From positions 321,346,001 to 321,410,000 of the forward strand of contig OZ024743.1 of NCBI GenBank assembly GCA_964016885.1: a DNA stretch of 64,000 bases, read 5' to 3'. Source of the stretch: Eledone cirrhosa (lineage: Eukaryota). Below the pieces are notes generated by a model. That model searched no databases. It had not been told where the DNA came from and saw only the letters and a program-made list of their open reading frames with translations. Positions 37,780-49,391 of this stretch are shown here, piece after piece (position 1 is the first letter of the stretch; each line of letters starts with the position of its first letter). The position numbers were made by a program, and so were the translations under genes.

Positions 37780-38335
37780 CTAAGGGTACTATTGCAACTG
37801 TTGCTGCTAAGAATATCAAATTAATAACAAAAGAAAAAGGGCAAGAACAATTAGCATCATAGAGGGAGCAGAAACTTCTGCATGGCAAATATGTGGCCCA
37901 TAGCAAACAAGCTGATGTTGACTAGAAGCACACCCATCAGTGGCTATGTAGCTCAGGGCTAAAAGCAGAGAGCAAAGGCTTCATGTTAGCTGTCCAAGAC
38001 CAAAGCTTATTGACACCGAACTACCAAGCCAATGTGATGAGAAATGGAGTTAATCCAAAGTGCTGATTCTGCAATGGTGAGGTTAAAACAGTGGACCACT
38101 TAATCTCTGGATGTAAGTTTTTAGTACCAGTAGAGTACAAGTATAGATATGACAGAGTTGGCCAATATCTACAATGGTTAATATGTTGTCATTATAAAAT
38201 CAAAACTGCTGACAAGTGGTACAATCATTACCCTGAGGCTGTAACTGAAGGAGAAAAAGTAACGATTCTTTGGGACTTCCCTGTACATACTGACAGGTCC
38301 ATAAAAGCTACTAGACCAGATATTATTGTAAAATA
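37780..38335 (+). mobile_element. R4/Dong-like non-LTR retrotransposon 3' fragment (zinc knuckle and start of restriction-like endonuclease)
   Basis: Peptides KLLHGKY, THQWL..SGLKAESKGF.LAVQDQSL, C*FC...VDHLISGC, ILWDFPVHTDRSIKATRPDII. Confidence 0.8.
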
Positions 38336-39193
38336 CCAGCATTCCTGCCACTTTTGGTATCCAGCCTGGAACTCTGGATTTTGCAATTCGCTCTGGATCT
38401 CAACAATGGTGTTAAAATGTTGACCTTTGAGCTGCATTTTCACCTTGGAGAAGAGATGGAAATCCATAGGTGTTAAATCTGGCAAATAGGGCAAGTGCAG
38501 AAGTGATACAATGTTGTTTTTAGTGTGAAACTCATGAGTGAGGTGAGCTCAATGACAGGATGCATTGTCATCGTGAAGAATTCTATTCTCTGTGCTCCAC
38601 AGATCCAGTCACGTTTGCCAAACGTCCTCCATCAAACACCTCAAAACATTGCAGTAGAACTCTCAATTGATGGTCTGGCCCTGGGGGATGAATTCTTGAT
38701 GCACAATACCATGCATGTCGAAAAAAATGATGATAGAGATCTTAACAAACTTCGACGTGATGTTCTTTCTGATCAGTGGTCAGCAAGCAGGGAACAAACT
38801 TGGCAGCAACATGCCAATTCAGATGTTAGGATTGCCTTCACAGACCCACATGACAGACCAACAACATCAGCAATATCGTTGATAGTCTTCTGATGATCCT
38901 CATGCACAAGCTGATTAATTTTCTCCACATTTCTGGGGGTGATGCTTGTGGCATGTATACCAGATCACTCATCTCTTAGTTCTTTATAGATGTTCATGAC
39001 AAAATTGCAGGCTACAGCATACATGTGATCAGAAAAACACAAATTTCACAACTTCTGAAGTGAACACAGCAAAGTCACTCGGCACCCTAGTGCATGAATA
39101 GCACTGCTAGCACTCAGTGTGTGTGTGTAACTGTGTATTGCCATCTATTGGCCTGCTACAGAACTAGTCTTTAAACTTTTTGATACCACCTCG
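38336..39193 (-). mobile_element. Second mariner-family remnant
   Basis: Minus-strand PYLPDLTPMDFHLFSKVKMQLKGQHF (YSPDLAP-D motif). TIR-like CGAGGTGGTATCAAAAAGTTT at ~39,173-39,193. Confidence 0.82.
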
Positions 39194-39525
39194 CCATCTT
39201 GTTTTTGTGTGTTGACAACACAAAAACAAGATGGCGTAGGGCAGAAAAAAGGAGAGGCACAAAACAAAGAGAAGAATCCCCAGTCACTGAAGAGGTCACA
39301 GAATGTGTGACGAAATAACTTTGACAATATATGAACAACCGTCCGGTTGTGGAACCAACTAACCAACCGAAAATTTATAAATTCTTAAATTTAATTTATA
39401 ATAAATTGAAGTGAAAGCAACTGGTGCGTGTGTTTCTTATTGGCAACATGACCCTCCCAAAGTATAACAATATTGGTTTCAACACACGTTTTCAGATAAA
39501 GAATCTTGCTAAACAAATTCAGAAA

Positions 39526-39611
<86 letters not shown>

Positions 39612-39834
39612 TATATATGTATTTAAAAGGTGAACAGAAATAACAACACAATCGGTAAAGTTTATGGTCGGAATATATAAGGTTTACGCTTGAAATAGCA
39701 GGAAGGAGATCTTAATGTTTCGGACGCTATTCCTTCATCTGAAGAAAGAATGTGAAACAAGTTTGATTGAGGGTATGGGCGGGTTGAAATTGGAAAAAAT
39801 GTTTTTAGATAAAAATAACAGGTCCAATATATGA

Positions 39835-40364
39835 TGATGATCATCATCATCATCGTTTAACGTCCATCTTCCACGCTAGCAGGGGTTTGGATGGGAATTT
39901 TTCCACTTGAGGCAAGATTGGTTGTCTTGCTTGTATAGGACTGTCTGGCGGGTTTTCTACAGCTGGATGCTCTTCCTAACACCAACCACGTTTACAGTGT
40001 GGACTGGGAGGTTTTTACCGTGTTACCTACACGGCCACATTACAGCGTGGACTGTGTGTTTTTTTGTCATGACACCTACACGACCTCATTTATTTAGGAC
40101 TGGATGTTGTGGTACCAACATAACTTTACATCGAAAGGGTGGTGTGGATGGGGTGGAGTTAGTGGGACGGAGGTGTATTTTGGTAAGAGGTGCCTATTGA
40201 CTGTAGGTTTCGCTTTGCACTTAGGCAAGGCGGGTCTTCTGTATTACTGGATAGCGCCAAAGATCTCGGTCCAGTGACATTGTCTTGGAGAGGTGTAAGT
40301 GTGTGAGGTCAGAATTTATCAAGTCGTCCCAGGTTTTTCTGGGTCTGCCTACTCCGTGGCTACC

Positions 40365-40365
<1 letters not shown>
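39835..40365 (-). mobile_element. RTE LINE 3' end fragment
   Basis: Minus-strand GRPRKTWDDLI, followed by the shared UTR motif and ...GATGGACGTTAAACG(ATG)n. Confidence 0.82.
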
Positions 40366-40462
<97 letters not shown>

Positions 40463-40557
40463 TTTGTAGACCTTATATCCTTCACTATAATGGTTCTCTA
40501 CCCTTTGTAAATGAAAACATAAGCCCCTTTGTGTTTTCTTCTCTATATACTGTATTA

Positions 40558-40604
<47 letters not shown>

Positions 40605-40607
<3 letters not shown>

Positions 40608-41348
40608 GATGCATATATACGAATGGCGATATTACATGGTAGTGAGACTTGGGTATTATGTGCTGAAGAGCTGCATAGATTAGAAAGAAATGAAGCTTGC
40701 ATGCTCCGATGGATGTGTAATATGTATATATAACGTGCGAGGAAGGCGAAGCATAAACGAACTAAGAGGTATCAAATGTTGTGTTCTGAAGAGGAGATTG
40801 CATTGGTATGGACATGTGATGTGTATGAAGGACGAAATCTGTATAAAAAAAGTGCAGGGCAATGAAAATTGATGGAAACTGTGGATTGGGTAGACCCAGA
40901 AAAACGTGGGACGAGGTGATAAAAACTGACCTTGCCCACCTACACCTCTCTCAGACAATGACACTGGATCGAGACCTTTGGTGCCATGCAGTTGTACAGA
41001 AGACCTGACTACCATTGCATACAAACCTACAGTCAGTAGGCACCTCTTAACTCAATGTACACCCCACCACCACACCCTACAACATCCTCCCTCTCTCTCG
41101 TTCCGTCCACTGTGTCGATGACACAACAGTCCACACTGTAAGGTGGCCGTGTAGGAGACATGGTGAAAAGGCTCCCAGTCCGCACTGTAAATGTGGTTGG
41201 TGTTAGGAAGGGAATCCAGCTGTAAAAAACCCCTGCCAGAGATGCTTCCATGCAAGCGAGACATGGTCTCCCGACCATTCCCGCATCAAATGGAACAAAA
41301 CCGTCTAACCCATGCTAGCGTGGAAGATGGACGTTAATCGATGATGAT
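40605..41348 (+). mobile_element. RTE LINE 3' fragment, sense orientation
   Basis: LHGSETW, RRLHWYGHV, GRPRKTWDEV, then GTTAGGAAGGGAATCCAGCTGTA...GATGGACGTTAATCGATGATG. Confidence 0.85.
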
Positions 41349-41359
41349 TTATATATATA

Positions 41360-42728
41360 TCATCATCACCATTTTACATACATTCTTCCATGCTAGCATG
41401 GGTTAGATGGGTTGTCCTGTTGTGAGCAGTGCCAGGTTCGGTGACCTTGTTTTGCGCATACGGAAACTGATTCTGGTTTGATTTCTACAGCTGGATGCCC
41501 TTCCTAACATCAACCTCTGCACCTTTTTATGCAGCTGTCGTACTTCATAAGCATCACATGACCATACAAATGCAACCACCTCTCCTGCACACAGCATTTA
41601 ATTCCTCTTTTGCTCAGTCTCTCTCTCAATTCGTTTATGCTTTGCCATCCACGTATATTATTACTATTGCACATCCATCGAAGCATACAAGCTTCGTTTC
41701 TTTCTATTCTACACCCAGCGCCCAGGTCTCACTACCATGTAACATTGCTTTTCGTATGCACGCATCATACAATCTACCTTTCATTTTGAGGGAAAAGCCT
41801 TTTGCAGCTAAGTGGTAGTAGCTCCCTGAACTTCTTCCATCCTGTTCTTAACCTGGTTACTGTACTTTCAGAACACCCACCTCTGTTACTAATTCAGTCA
41901 CCTACGTAGCAGAAGCTGTCTACAGAGCCCTCCCAGAGTTTGGTAGTGCTCGTACCCTGTGGCCATTTGCTGCTTACTGTCCCGGTGCAGCTGCTATATG
42001 TAAAGCCTACATTTTTAACTAAGCTTCCTGAGATCCCACTACATCTCTTGTGTACTCATAGTTTGCATTTGGGGCAGAGGATGGAATTCTTATCTACACC
42101 TTTCCTACATACTGAGCAAGGCCATTTCCCTGAGGGAATCTGGGTTCTGTTTTCTCGTGTACTTACAAGAACCTTAGTCTTGTGAGGTTGACTTTGAGAC
42201 CCTTTCTTTCTACTCCCTGCTTCCATGTTTGGAATTTCATCTCTAGTTCCACCATGGATTCAGCTATAAGTGCGAGATCATCTGCATACAGGAGTTTCCA
42301 TGGGCAACCAGTTTTAAACTCCTTTATTAAAGCCTGCAATACTACAATAAGCAGGAGAAGGTTAAGAACAGAGCCCCGGTGGACACTGACCTGTATGGTA
42401 AATTCCTTGCTATAATCATTGTTAACCCTAATGTGCTGACTGCTCCCCTTGTACAGCTTTCACAAGCCATTCATCTACTCCTAGTTTTCTAAGAGCCTAC
42501 TAGATTATAGCTTGGGGCAATCTGTCGAAGGCTTTTTCCAGATTGACAAATGCCAGGTAGAGCAGCTTACTTTTAGCTAGGTACTTTTCCTGTAACTACC
42601 TCACAAGGAAGAGAGCATCAGTGATGCCTTTTCCTGGCACAAACCCAAATTGCATCTCATCTAGTTTTATCTGGTCCTTAATCAACTCTGCTATAACTCT
42701 TTCCATTATTTTTATGACCAGGTCCATA
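41360..42728 (-). mobile_element. RTE LINE fragment (RT to 3' tail), degenerate
   Basis: Co-linear with 21,029-22,745 (MQFGFVPG, YADDLAL). Confidence 0.9.
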
Positions 42729-42841
42729 CATATATATATACTAGCAGTTTAGTCCGGCATTGCTCGGGTTTGTTCATTTGCTATGAAAAGTTACATACAA
42801 GTAAACGTGGCTTGAAAGCGAATAAGCTTATCAATTAAGTG

Positions 42842-43294
42842 TGTGGTAAAATGAAGTATCCTAGTTGGATTGTTTATCGACATAGACGTGAGGGAAGGTC
42901 CCTCAGCTATTTACCATTTTTGTAAGTGAGAATTATAACAAAGTGAGTGGGTGCGTGCGTAAACAAGACAATAACCACAACGAGAGTTATATTCAACAAT
43001 TGTAAATAATGGTGATGTTTATTTTGTTTATATGTGTTTATTATATTACAAATGAAACATACCAAATATAGACGCGGTCAGTTGTGGTGAATTACAATTA
43101 CAAAGATATTGTGGGGTTTGCTGTTTGCTGTTCCCTTGGCTGTTTATCGTTTCGTGGTACAGAGGTTGTTTTTTGTGGCGTGTGTTTAGTCTGCTTTCCC
43201 GTGGCTGTCTGTGTTTACCTCTGGTGTTCTCAACCAGGGGGAGACAACTAGCTTGGGCTATTATCCGCCAGGAGGCGTGAGGCGTCTTACTACA
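42842..43294 (-). repeat. 3' LTR of Gypsy element (453 bp)
   Basis: About 6 mismatches by eye versus 48,773-49,225. Preceded on the minus strand by a PPT-like CTGGCAGGAAGTAC. Confidence 0.95.
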
Positions 43295-43520
43295 GTACTT
43301 CCTGCCAGATTTTCAAATCATCGAAAATCGATGTTATTACTCACACGTGGAGTAAGATGGCGAACAATGCAACAAGGGGGAGCTATTCGCTCTACCAATC
43401 ATTAAATCCAAAATAAGGATTTGAAAAATGTTAAAAAAAACAACATGCATGCATAAAAAAACAGGCAAAGAAAAAAAAACAGAAACACAGGGACAAAAAA
43501 AAAGGTGCAGCTAACATAGT

Positions 43521-45502
43521 CTAAATATAGACGGTGCTGCAAAATTTTTTTGGCCAGTGGACCCTACGACCTGAACGGGTCGTGGTCTTGTAACGTGGCG
43601 ATGGTGGTGGTGTAGGGACAGGCGATGATGGTGGTTCAGGAACGGGCGTTCGCTCAACAGGCAAATACGAAGGGGTTCGTGGATCAGGAACCACAGCGTC
43701 CGTGTCAAGGAGTGCCTGCTTAAGCCTGTCTATTGTAACTGTCTCCCTGGACCCTTTAATATCTAAAGTGAAATGCTTAGCCGAGCGCGCTAAGACACGG
43801 TAAGGTCCAGTGTAAGGCCGTGTGAGCGGGGGCTTCACAGAATCTTTCCTTACAAAGACATGCGTCCACGAGGCAACATCCCTCGGGACAGCAGTCTTGA
43901 CAGTTTGTTTCCTAGTGTCCATTGGCGGCAAATCCTGAAAATAGGAGCGCAAACGGGACACGTAGGAAGCGTGATCTTAGGCATCAAGATCGATAGGGGC
44001 AAGCATTTGCCCGGGCAACGTCAGAGGGGCACCGTACAGTACTTCAGCCGGTGAAAATCTAAAGTCGGCCTTCACCGTTGACCGAATCCCTAATAGCACA
44101 ATAGGGAGGTACTCGCTCCAATGCGCCGAGTCCATTGAGGCCATTAAGGAGGCCTTCAGTTGTCGGTGAAAACGCTCCACCATACCATTCGAAGCGGGAT
44201 GGTACGCCGTAGTTCTAATGCGTTTAGCGCCAATTAATTTTGACAGTTCGAGGAAAAGGCTCGACTCGAACTGTCGTCCACGGTCGGTAGTTACTGTGGA
44301 TGGAACTCCATAACGAGAGATCCATCCAGACACAAGAGCACGCGCTGTTGTCTCAGCAGTGATGTTTTTCAAGAGGATGGCTTCAGGCCATCTCGAAAAA
44401 CGGTCAATTATGGTCAGCAGATAAGAATAACCATCGCTGACAGGCCAAGGTCCCACTATATCAATATGAATGTGCGAAAAACGCGCATCTGGGTTAGTAA
44501 AGGTACCCAGGGGAGCCTTGACGTGTCGATGGACCTTTGATTTCTGGCAAGAGACGCAGGAACGGCACCAGGAAGCAATTTCACGCCTGATATTTGGCCA
44601 GAAAAATCTAGCTGATATGAGCTTTGCTGTGGCAGAAGATCCTGGATGCGAGAAACCATGTAATGCCAGATACATGGTCCGTGGATGATTCTCTGGAACG
44701 AAGGGCCTAGGCACGTCCAAAGAGACGTCGCAGAGAATTTGGCCAACTGCAGTCGACAGAGGCAAGTATTTCATCTCGCAATTCGCAAACTCGGGCGATG
44801 TAACATCCAATGACTCAAGGGGAGGCTGATTCGCAGCCAAACGAGTCAGATCTATGTCAGAGGGTGACAAGATCGCTGTTACGGGTAAGCGGGACAAAGC
44901 ATCGGCCGCTGTATTTAGTGAACCCGGAATGTGTTGGATATCATTCGTATATTGCGAGATGAAATCAAGGTGTCTCGTCTCTCTGGGCGAGTATTTATCA
45001 GCCTTCGCTCTCAACGCAAACGTCAATGGTTTATGGTCAGTGAGGATAGTAAATAGTCTACCCTCTAGCATATGTGAAAAATGTTTCACGGCCAAATAGA
45101 TGGCTAAAAGTTCTCTTCCAAAGGTGCTGTAGCGCGTCTCAGCAGGTTTCAGCTTTCTGGAAAAAAACTCCAGCGGTTGCTGGTAACCATTGATGTTTTG
45201 CTGTAGCACTGCGCCCACAGCGATATCCGATGCATCAACACAAAGCGTTAGCTTTGCATCGGGTACCGGGTGAGTCAGTAACGAAGCATTAGCCAAAGCA
45301 GTTTTGGCGTGCTGAAAATCAGCAAGTTGAGTGTCGGTCAAAGAAATGTCTTTGTTCTTCTTCCGACAATTTTTTAAAATCTCCGTCAGGGAGAAAAGCA
45401 ATCTTGCACAATTTGGCACGAAACGCCTATAAAAGTTAATCAGGCCTAAGAACTGGCGTAACTGACGTAGTGAGGTCGGTGGAGGCAAATCCTCTATGAC
45501 CT
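43521..45502 (-). pseudogene. Gypsy pol, 3' part: RNase H + integrase + GPY/F (frameshift near 43,970)
   Basis: [40 protein letters not shown] (H..SHPG...CVSC), [30 protein letters not shown]. Confidence 0.93.
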
Positions 45503-46159
45503 TGTAGTGACCTACATTCTGCGGGCTCACATACATTCTCTGTGCGTGATTTGGCTCAGTTCAGCCAATCAGCGCCAATAGAAGAGGATGTATCCCTACG
45601 CGCCCTGAGGAAGAAATTCCCCGTGAAGATTTGAAGAATCTTCCTCTTGTACCGGAAACTTCAAGCCAGCAACACGCATAATGTAACGGTGAGATATTGC
45701 ACCCTAGCCTCTCCGGCTTAACGGCGCAATGGCACATTCCCTTTTGTAACCTCTTTTTATCTGTAACTTCAACCATATAAGTTAACAAACATTGTTTGTA
45801 CTACATCAAAAATAAACATACATTTCATCTCTAATTACTGCTGTTGAAATCATTATTATGCTACTCGTGTCTCAATAACATCTATAATCCATGCTGCTGA
45901 AATTGGCGACCTGACGAAAGGAATATTGTAAATAGATGGGAAATAGATCGAGGGACCTTCCCTCACGTCTATGTCGACAAGATAATCCAACGAGGATACT
46001 ATCACTTACCACACTGGCAACTAACGACACATCAATCATCTACCCTGTTAAAGTGGCGACTATTCAACTTTCATACAGCTAAAGTGGCGACCACGACTAC
46101 TCTATAACTAACCCTGCTAAAGTGGCGACCACGACTACTTAATAACTAATACTGCTAAA
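45503..46159 (+). mobile_element. 657-bp solo-LTR-like insertion in Gypsy pol, with 4-bp TSD ACCT and an internal array of PBS-like motifs
   Basis: Removing 45,503-46,159 plus one ACCT restores pol ...[13 protein letters not shown]. Ends are TGTAG...GCTAAA, with AATAAA at 45,811. TGGCGAC-type motifs at 45,904, 46,015, 46,054, 46,085 and 46,123. Confidence 0.88.
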
Positions 46160-47376
46160 ACCTTAACTCGCTCAGGCCGGGGTCGAATACCGTCAGCATC
46201 GATGACGTGACCCAAGAAAGTCATTGTCTCAGCACCAAAAACACATTTGGGTGCATTAATCTGCACGTTATACGCCTTCAATCGGCGGAAAAGAAGATTC
46301 AAATGGTGCGTATTTTGCTCTTGAGAAGAACTAGCAATGAGGAGGTTGTCAATATAGGTATAGACGAAATCGAGGCCACGAGTAACCTCATCCATAAACC
46401 GCTGAAACGTACTAGCGGCATTCCTTAATCCGAACGGCATGGTCAAAAACTCAAATGACCCAAATGGCGTAACTATAGCCGTTTTTGGAATGTAATTTTT
46501 ATGGACAGGAATTTGATGGTACGCACGAATTAAATCCAGTTTGGAGAATATCTTGCATCCCTGCAACGAAGACGCAAAGTCTTGCAGATGAGGGATAGGA
46601 TAACGGTCCGGTTCCGTTATCGAATTTAGGCGTCGATAATCTCCAGTAGGTCTCCAATCGCCAGTCGCTTTCGGTACCATGTGTAATGGGGACGCCCACG
46701 GGCTCGTGGACAGACGAATAATCCCCAACTGCAGCATATGATCAAACTCTGATCGTGCTGCTTTGAGTTTGTCCGGAGGCAAGCGACGAGGACGAGAAAA
46801 AACGAGAGCAGCAGTTGTAGATATGAAGTGCTCCGTGGTATGAGTTGGCTCATCAACTCGAAAATTTCCCTGAGTCAGTTGCGGAAACGAGTTCAACAAC
46901 GCATGGTAAGTATCACCGGTGTTAGCAAGAAAAAAGGTCGGGCTAACCGTTGGAACTCCTGCTGCCTTGCCAACAACAGTTAAACCAGTGATGCCATCAA
47001 TTAGGCGTTTACGACGGAGGTCCACTGTCAATGAAAAATGGTGGAGAAAATCCGCGCCTAGTATCGGATACGGCAAGGCAGCGACAGTAAATATCCATTT
47101 ATACTCGCGCCGCAGATTACGGAACTGCAAAGGTAGCGAGATTTGTCCGAAGGTTCGAATCGGCGAACAATTTACTGCCTGCAACTCAATAGGTGTCTCA
47201 GGGGGAGTCTCCTTCATACAACACACAGGCCATACTGAACAAACTGCACCCGTGCACACCAGAAAGGCTCTACCTGATAGCAGATCCTCAATGAAAAAGT
47301 GGCGGTTGGATGATGTTTCGCAGAGCGCACTATCTGCCATTAGTGACTCTGGTCGTCGTTTCCCTTGTAAGCACAA
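46160..47376 (-). pseudogene. Gypsy pol, 5' part: aspartic protease + reverse transcriptase (catalytic motifs mutated)
   Basis: FLVCTGA (DTG-like), [33 protein letters not shown] (YxDD-like). Confidence 0.93.
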
Positions 47377-48118
47377 GGAGGCCTACAACGGGCGGCTTTG
47401 TCACCATATTTGTCATGGTAATAACAATATGGTGGTTTTGGTGTTTTGGAAGGGCTACGGTGGCGAGGAGTTGAATAAGTTCGTGAGCGGCTCTTCTGCC
47501 GTCCAAAAGACCTGAATTCCTGGCACAACTCCGCCATTCGACGAGTCATGGCTTCCATTGTGGTGACTAATTTCTCATCACTCGCTGATGAGCGTGATTG
47601 AGGAAGAGAAGAGGAAGCAACGTACTTTGGCTTTGAAGTGTCTCTCTTCGTCACTTCTACAATTTTTTCAGCAGAGACAGCAATGTGGTCGAGGGTATTT
47701 ACCTCTAGCATATGGGCTAGGATCGCCTGTACCTCTTGAGGTAGGCGAGAGAAGAACAATTGCTTCAGGAAAGGGCTATCCTGATCTTGGGAATCGCTCA
47801 ATTCCCGCAAATGCCGGAGAAAAGCGGTAGGGGTGGTGTCACCTAATCGTTCGTCCTCGATCAATGACCGAAAACGACTCTCTACCGACTTACAGTTCCT
47901 TCTCAAGATCTCGCCTTTTAAAGACTGAAACGTTAAGTCAGAGGGGGGGGGGTCTGTAATTAGGTCTTGGACCGAATCTGCTAGATTAGGGGAAGTCCGC
48001 CAATCAAGACAGCGAGGCGCTGGTCAGACTCGGTCTTACAGACCGTAAAATACGCCTGTAACTGGGCAAACCACAGCTTAGGTTTTCTGGTAAAGGCGGG
48101 CAAATGTGGCGTATTCAT
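47340..48118 (-). pseudogene. Gypsy gag (frameshifted near 47,940-47,980)
   Basis: [49 protein letters not shown] (CHCC knuckle). Confidence 0.88.
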
Positions 48119-48758
48119 TTTGAAACGTTTAAAATAAAAAAAAAAAATATATATATAAACAGTAATTAATGTACCCTCGCACAGTGAAAAGCAAACACCC
48201 AAAATGGAAAAAAATGAAAGATCAAAAAGAAACAGACATTCAAAACATTAGGAAATAGGAAAAATACATAAAATATATATATATATATTTTTAAAAAAAA
48301 AATTTTCCTTCAACGTCTGTCCCCTTGTGTTTCTTCAATGGGCCAGCCAAATCAAATAACCCATGAAAAAGATTTTTAAAAAATGTTTGTTTTAGAATAT
48401 ATCCGCGTTGGATATCAACAATAGGTAGCCTGTGGCTAAAAATCCCTTAGAAAAAAGTAAGGCATGCATATCCCCTGCGGGGCAGTAATGTTCACAAAAA
48501 AGTTTTTTTTCCTTGATCAAATATGGAACACACACGCAATTCCAAAATGTCACTGTCCTGGCGGAAAATTACAAAATGGGGAAGGAAAGCAACGCCATGT
48601 TGGAAACATTTTTTGGCTGGTTTGTATACCTTGTCAATACGGTATAAACACTTTATTATTTCTCTGTCTTTTTTTGTATTTTCGTAAGTTGCGAAAAGGT
48701 TGACAACGTGGTAATAACAGTGAAGTTCAACTGAATAAAAAGGCTGCGTAAAATTCTT

Positions 48759-48771
48759 ACGTCGGTCACCA
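48759..48771 (-). promoter_or_regulatory. Primer-binding site, tRNA-Trp-like
   Basis: TGGTGACCGACGT lies 1 nt after the 5' LTR. The canonical tRNA-Trp PBS is TGGTGACCCCGACGT (2-nt deletion here). Confidence 0.7.
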
Positions 48772-48772
48772 G

Positions 48773-49225
48773 TGTGGTAAAATGAAGTATCCTAGTTGGA
48801 TTGTTTATCGACATAGACGTGAGGGAAGATCCCTCGTCTATTTACCATTTTTGTAAGTGAGAATTATAACAAAGTGAGTGGGTGTGTGCGTAAACAAGAC
48901 AATAACCACAACGAGAGTTATATTCAACAATTGTAAATAATGGTGATGTTTATTTTGTTTATATGTGTTTATTATATTACAAATGAAACATACCAAATAT
49001 AGACGCGGTCAGTTGTGGTGAATTACAATTACAAAGATATTGTGGGGTTTGCTGTTTCCTGTTCCCTTGGCTGTTTATCGTTTCGTGGTACAGAGGTTGT
49101 TTTCTGTGGCGTGTGTTTAGTCTGCTTTCCCGTGGCTGTCTGTGTTTACCTCTGGTGTTCTCAACCAGGGGGAGACAACTAGCTTGGGCTATTATCCGCC
49201 AGGAGGCGTGAGGCGTCTTACTACA
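48773..49225 (-). repeat. 5' LTR of Gypsy element (453 bp)
   Basis: Direct repeat of 42,842-43,294, adjacent to the PBS. Confidence 0.95.
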
Positions 49226-49391
49226 AGTGTATAAAGCAGTTGAACCGGTTATTAAAAGTTACGAACCAATTAGCATTTTGGACAATCAATGATGGGTTAA
49301 TAATCTCCCAATAGCGAATTATAGCAGTCCAAAGTTACAAGATGGTGGCCCTGATGCCGCTGGGTGTCAGATCTGTCCGCCATGGGTGACC

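Larger units (their letters stand above)
42842..49225 (-). mobile_element. Ty3/Gypsy LTR retrotransposon, CsRn1/Kabuki/Boudicca-like, full length with 4-bp TSD AGTG
   Basis: Two 453-bp TG...CA LTRs. TSD AGTG at 42,838-41 and 49,226-29. PBS TGGTGACC-GACGT (tRNA-Trp-like), CHCC gag knuckle, PR-RT-RH-INT order. Confidence 0.96.

Noticed and set aside
39460-39775. Hammerhead-like motifs (minus CTGAAAA...GAAAC; minus CAGATGA..GGA..TCCGAAAC; plus CTGAAGA...GAAAC)
   Set aside because: The core is mutated or stems I/III do not close with a valid NUH site. At most these are old relics.
46919-47515. 198-aa plus-strand ORF and other antisense ORFs over the Gypsy, Helitron, RTE and PLE elements
   Set aside because: They are shadow frames opposite recognisable transposon proteins and have no motifs of their own.
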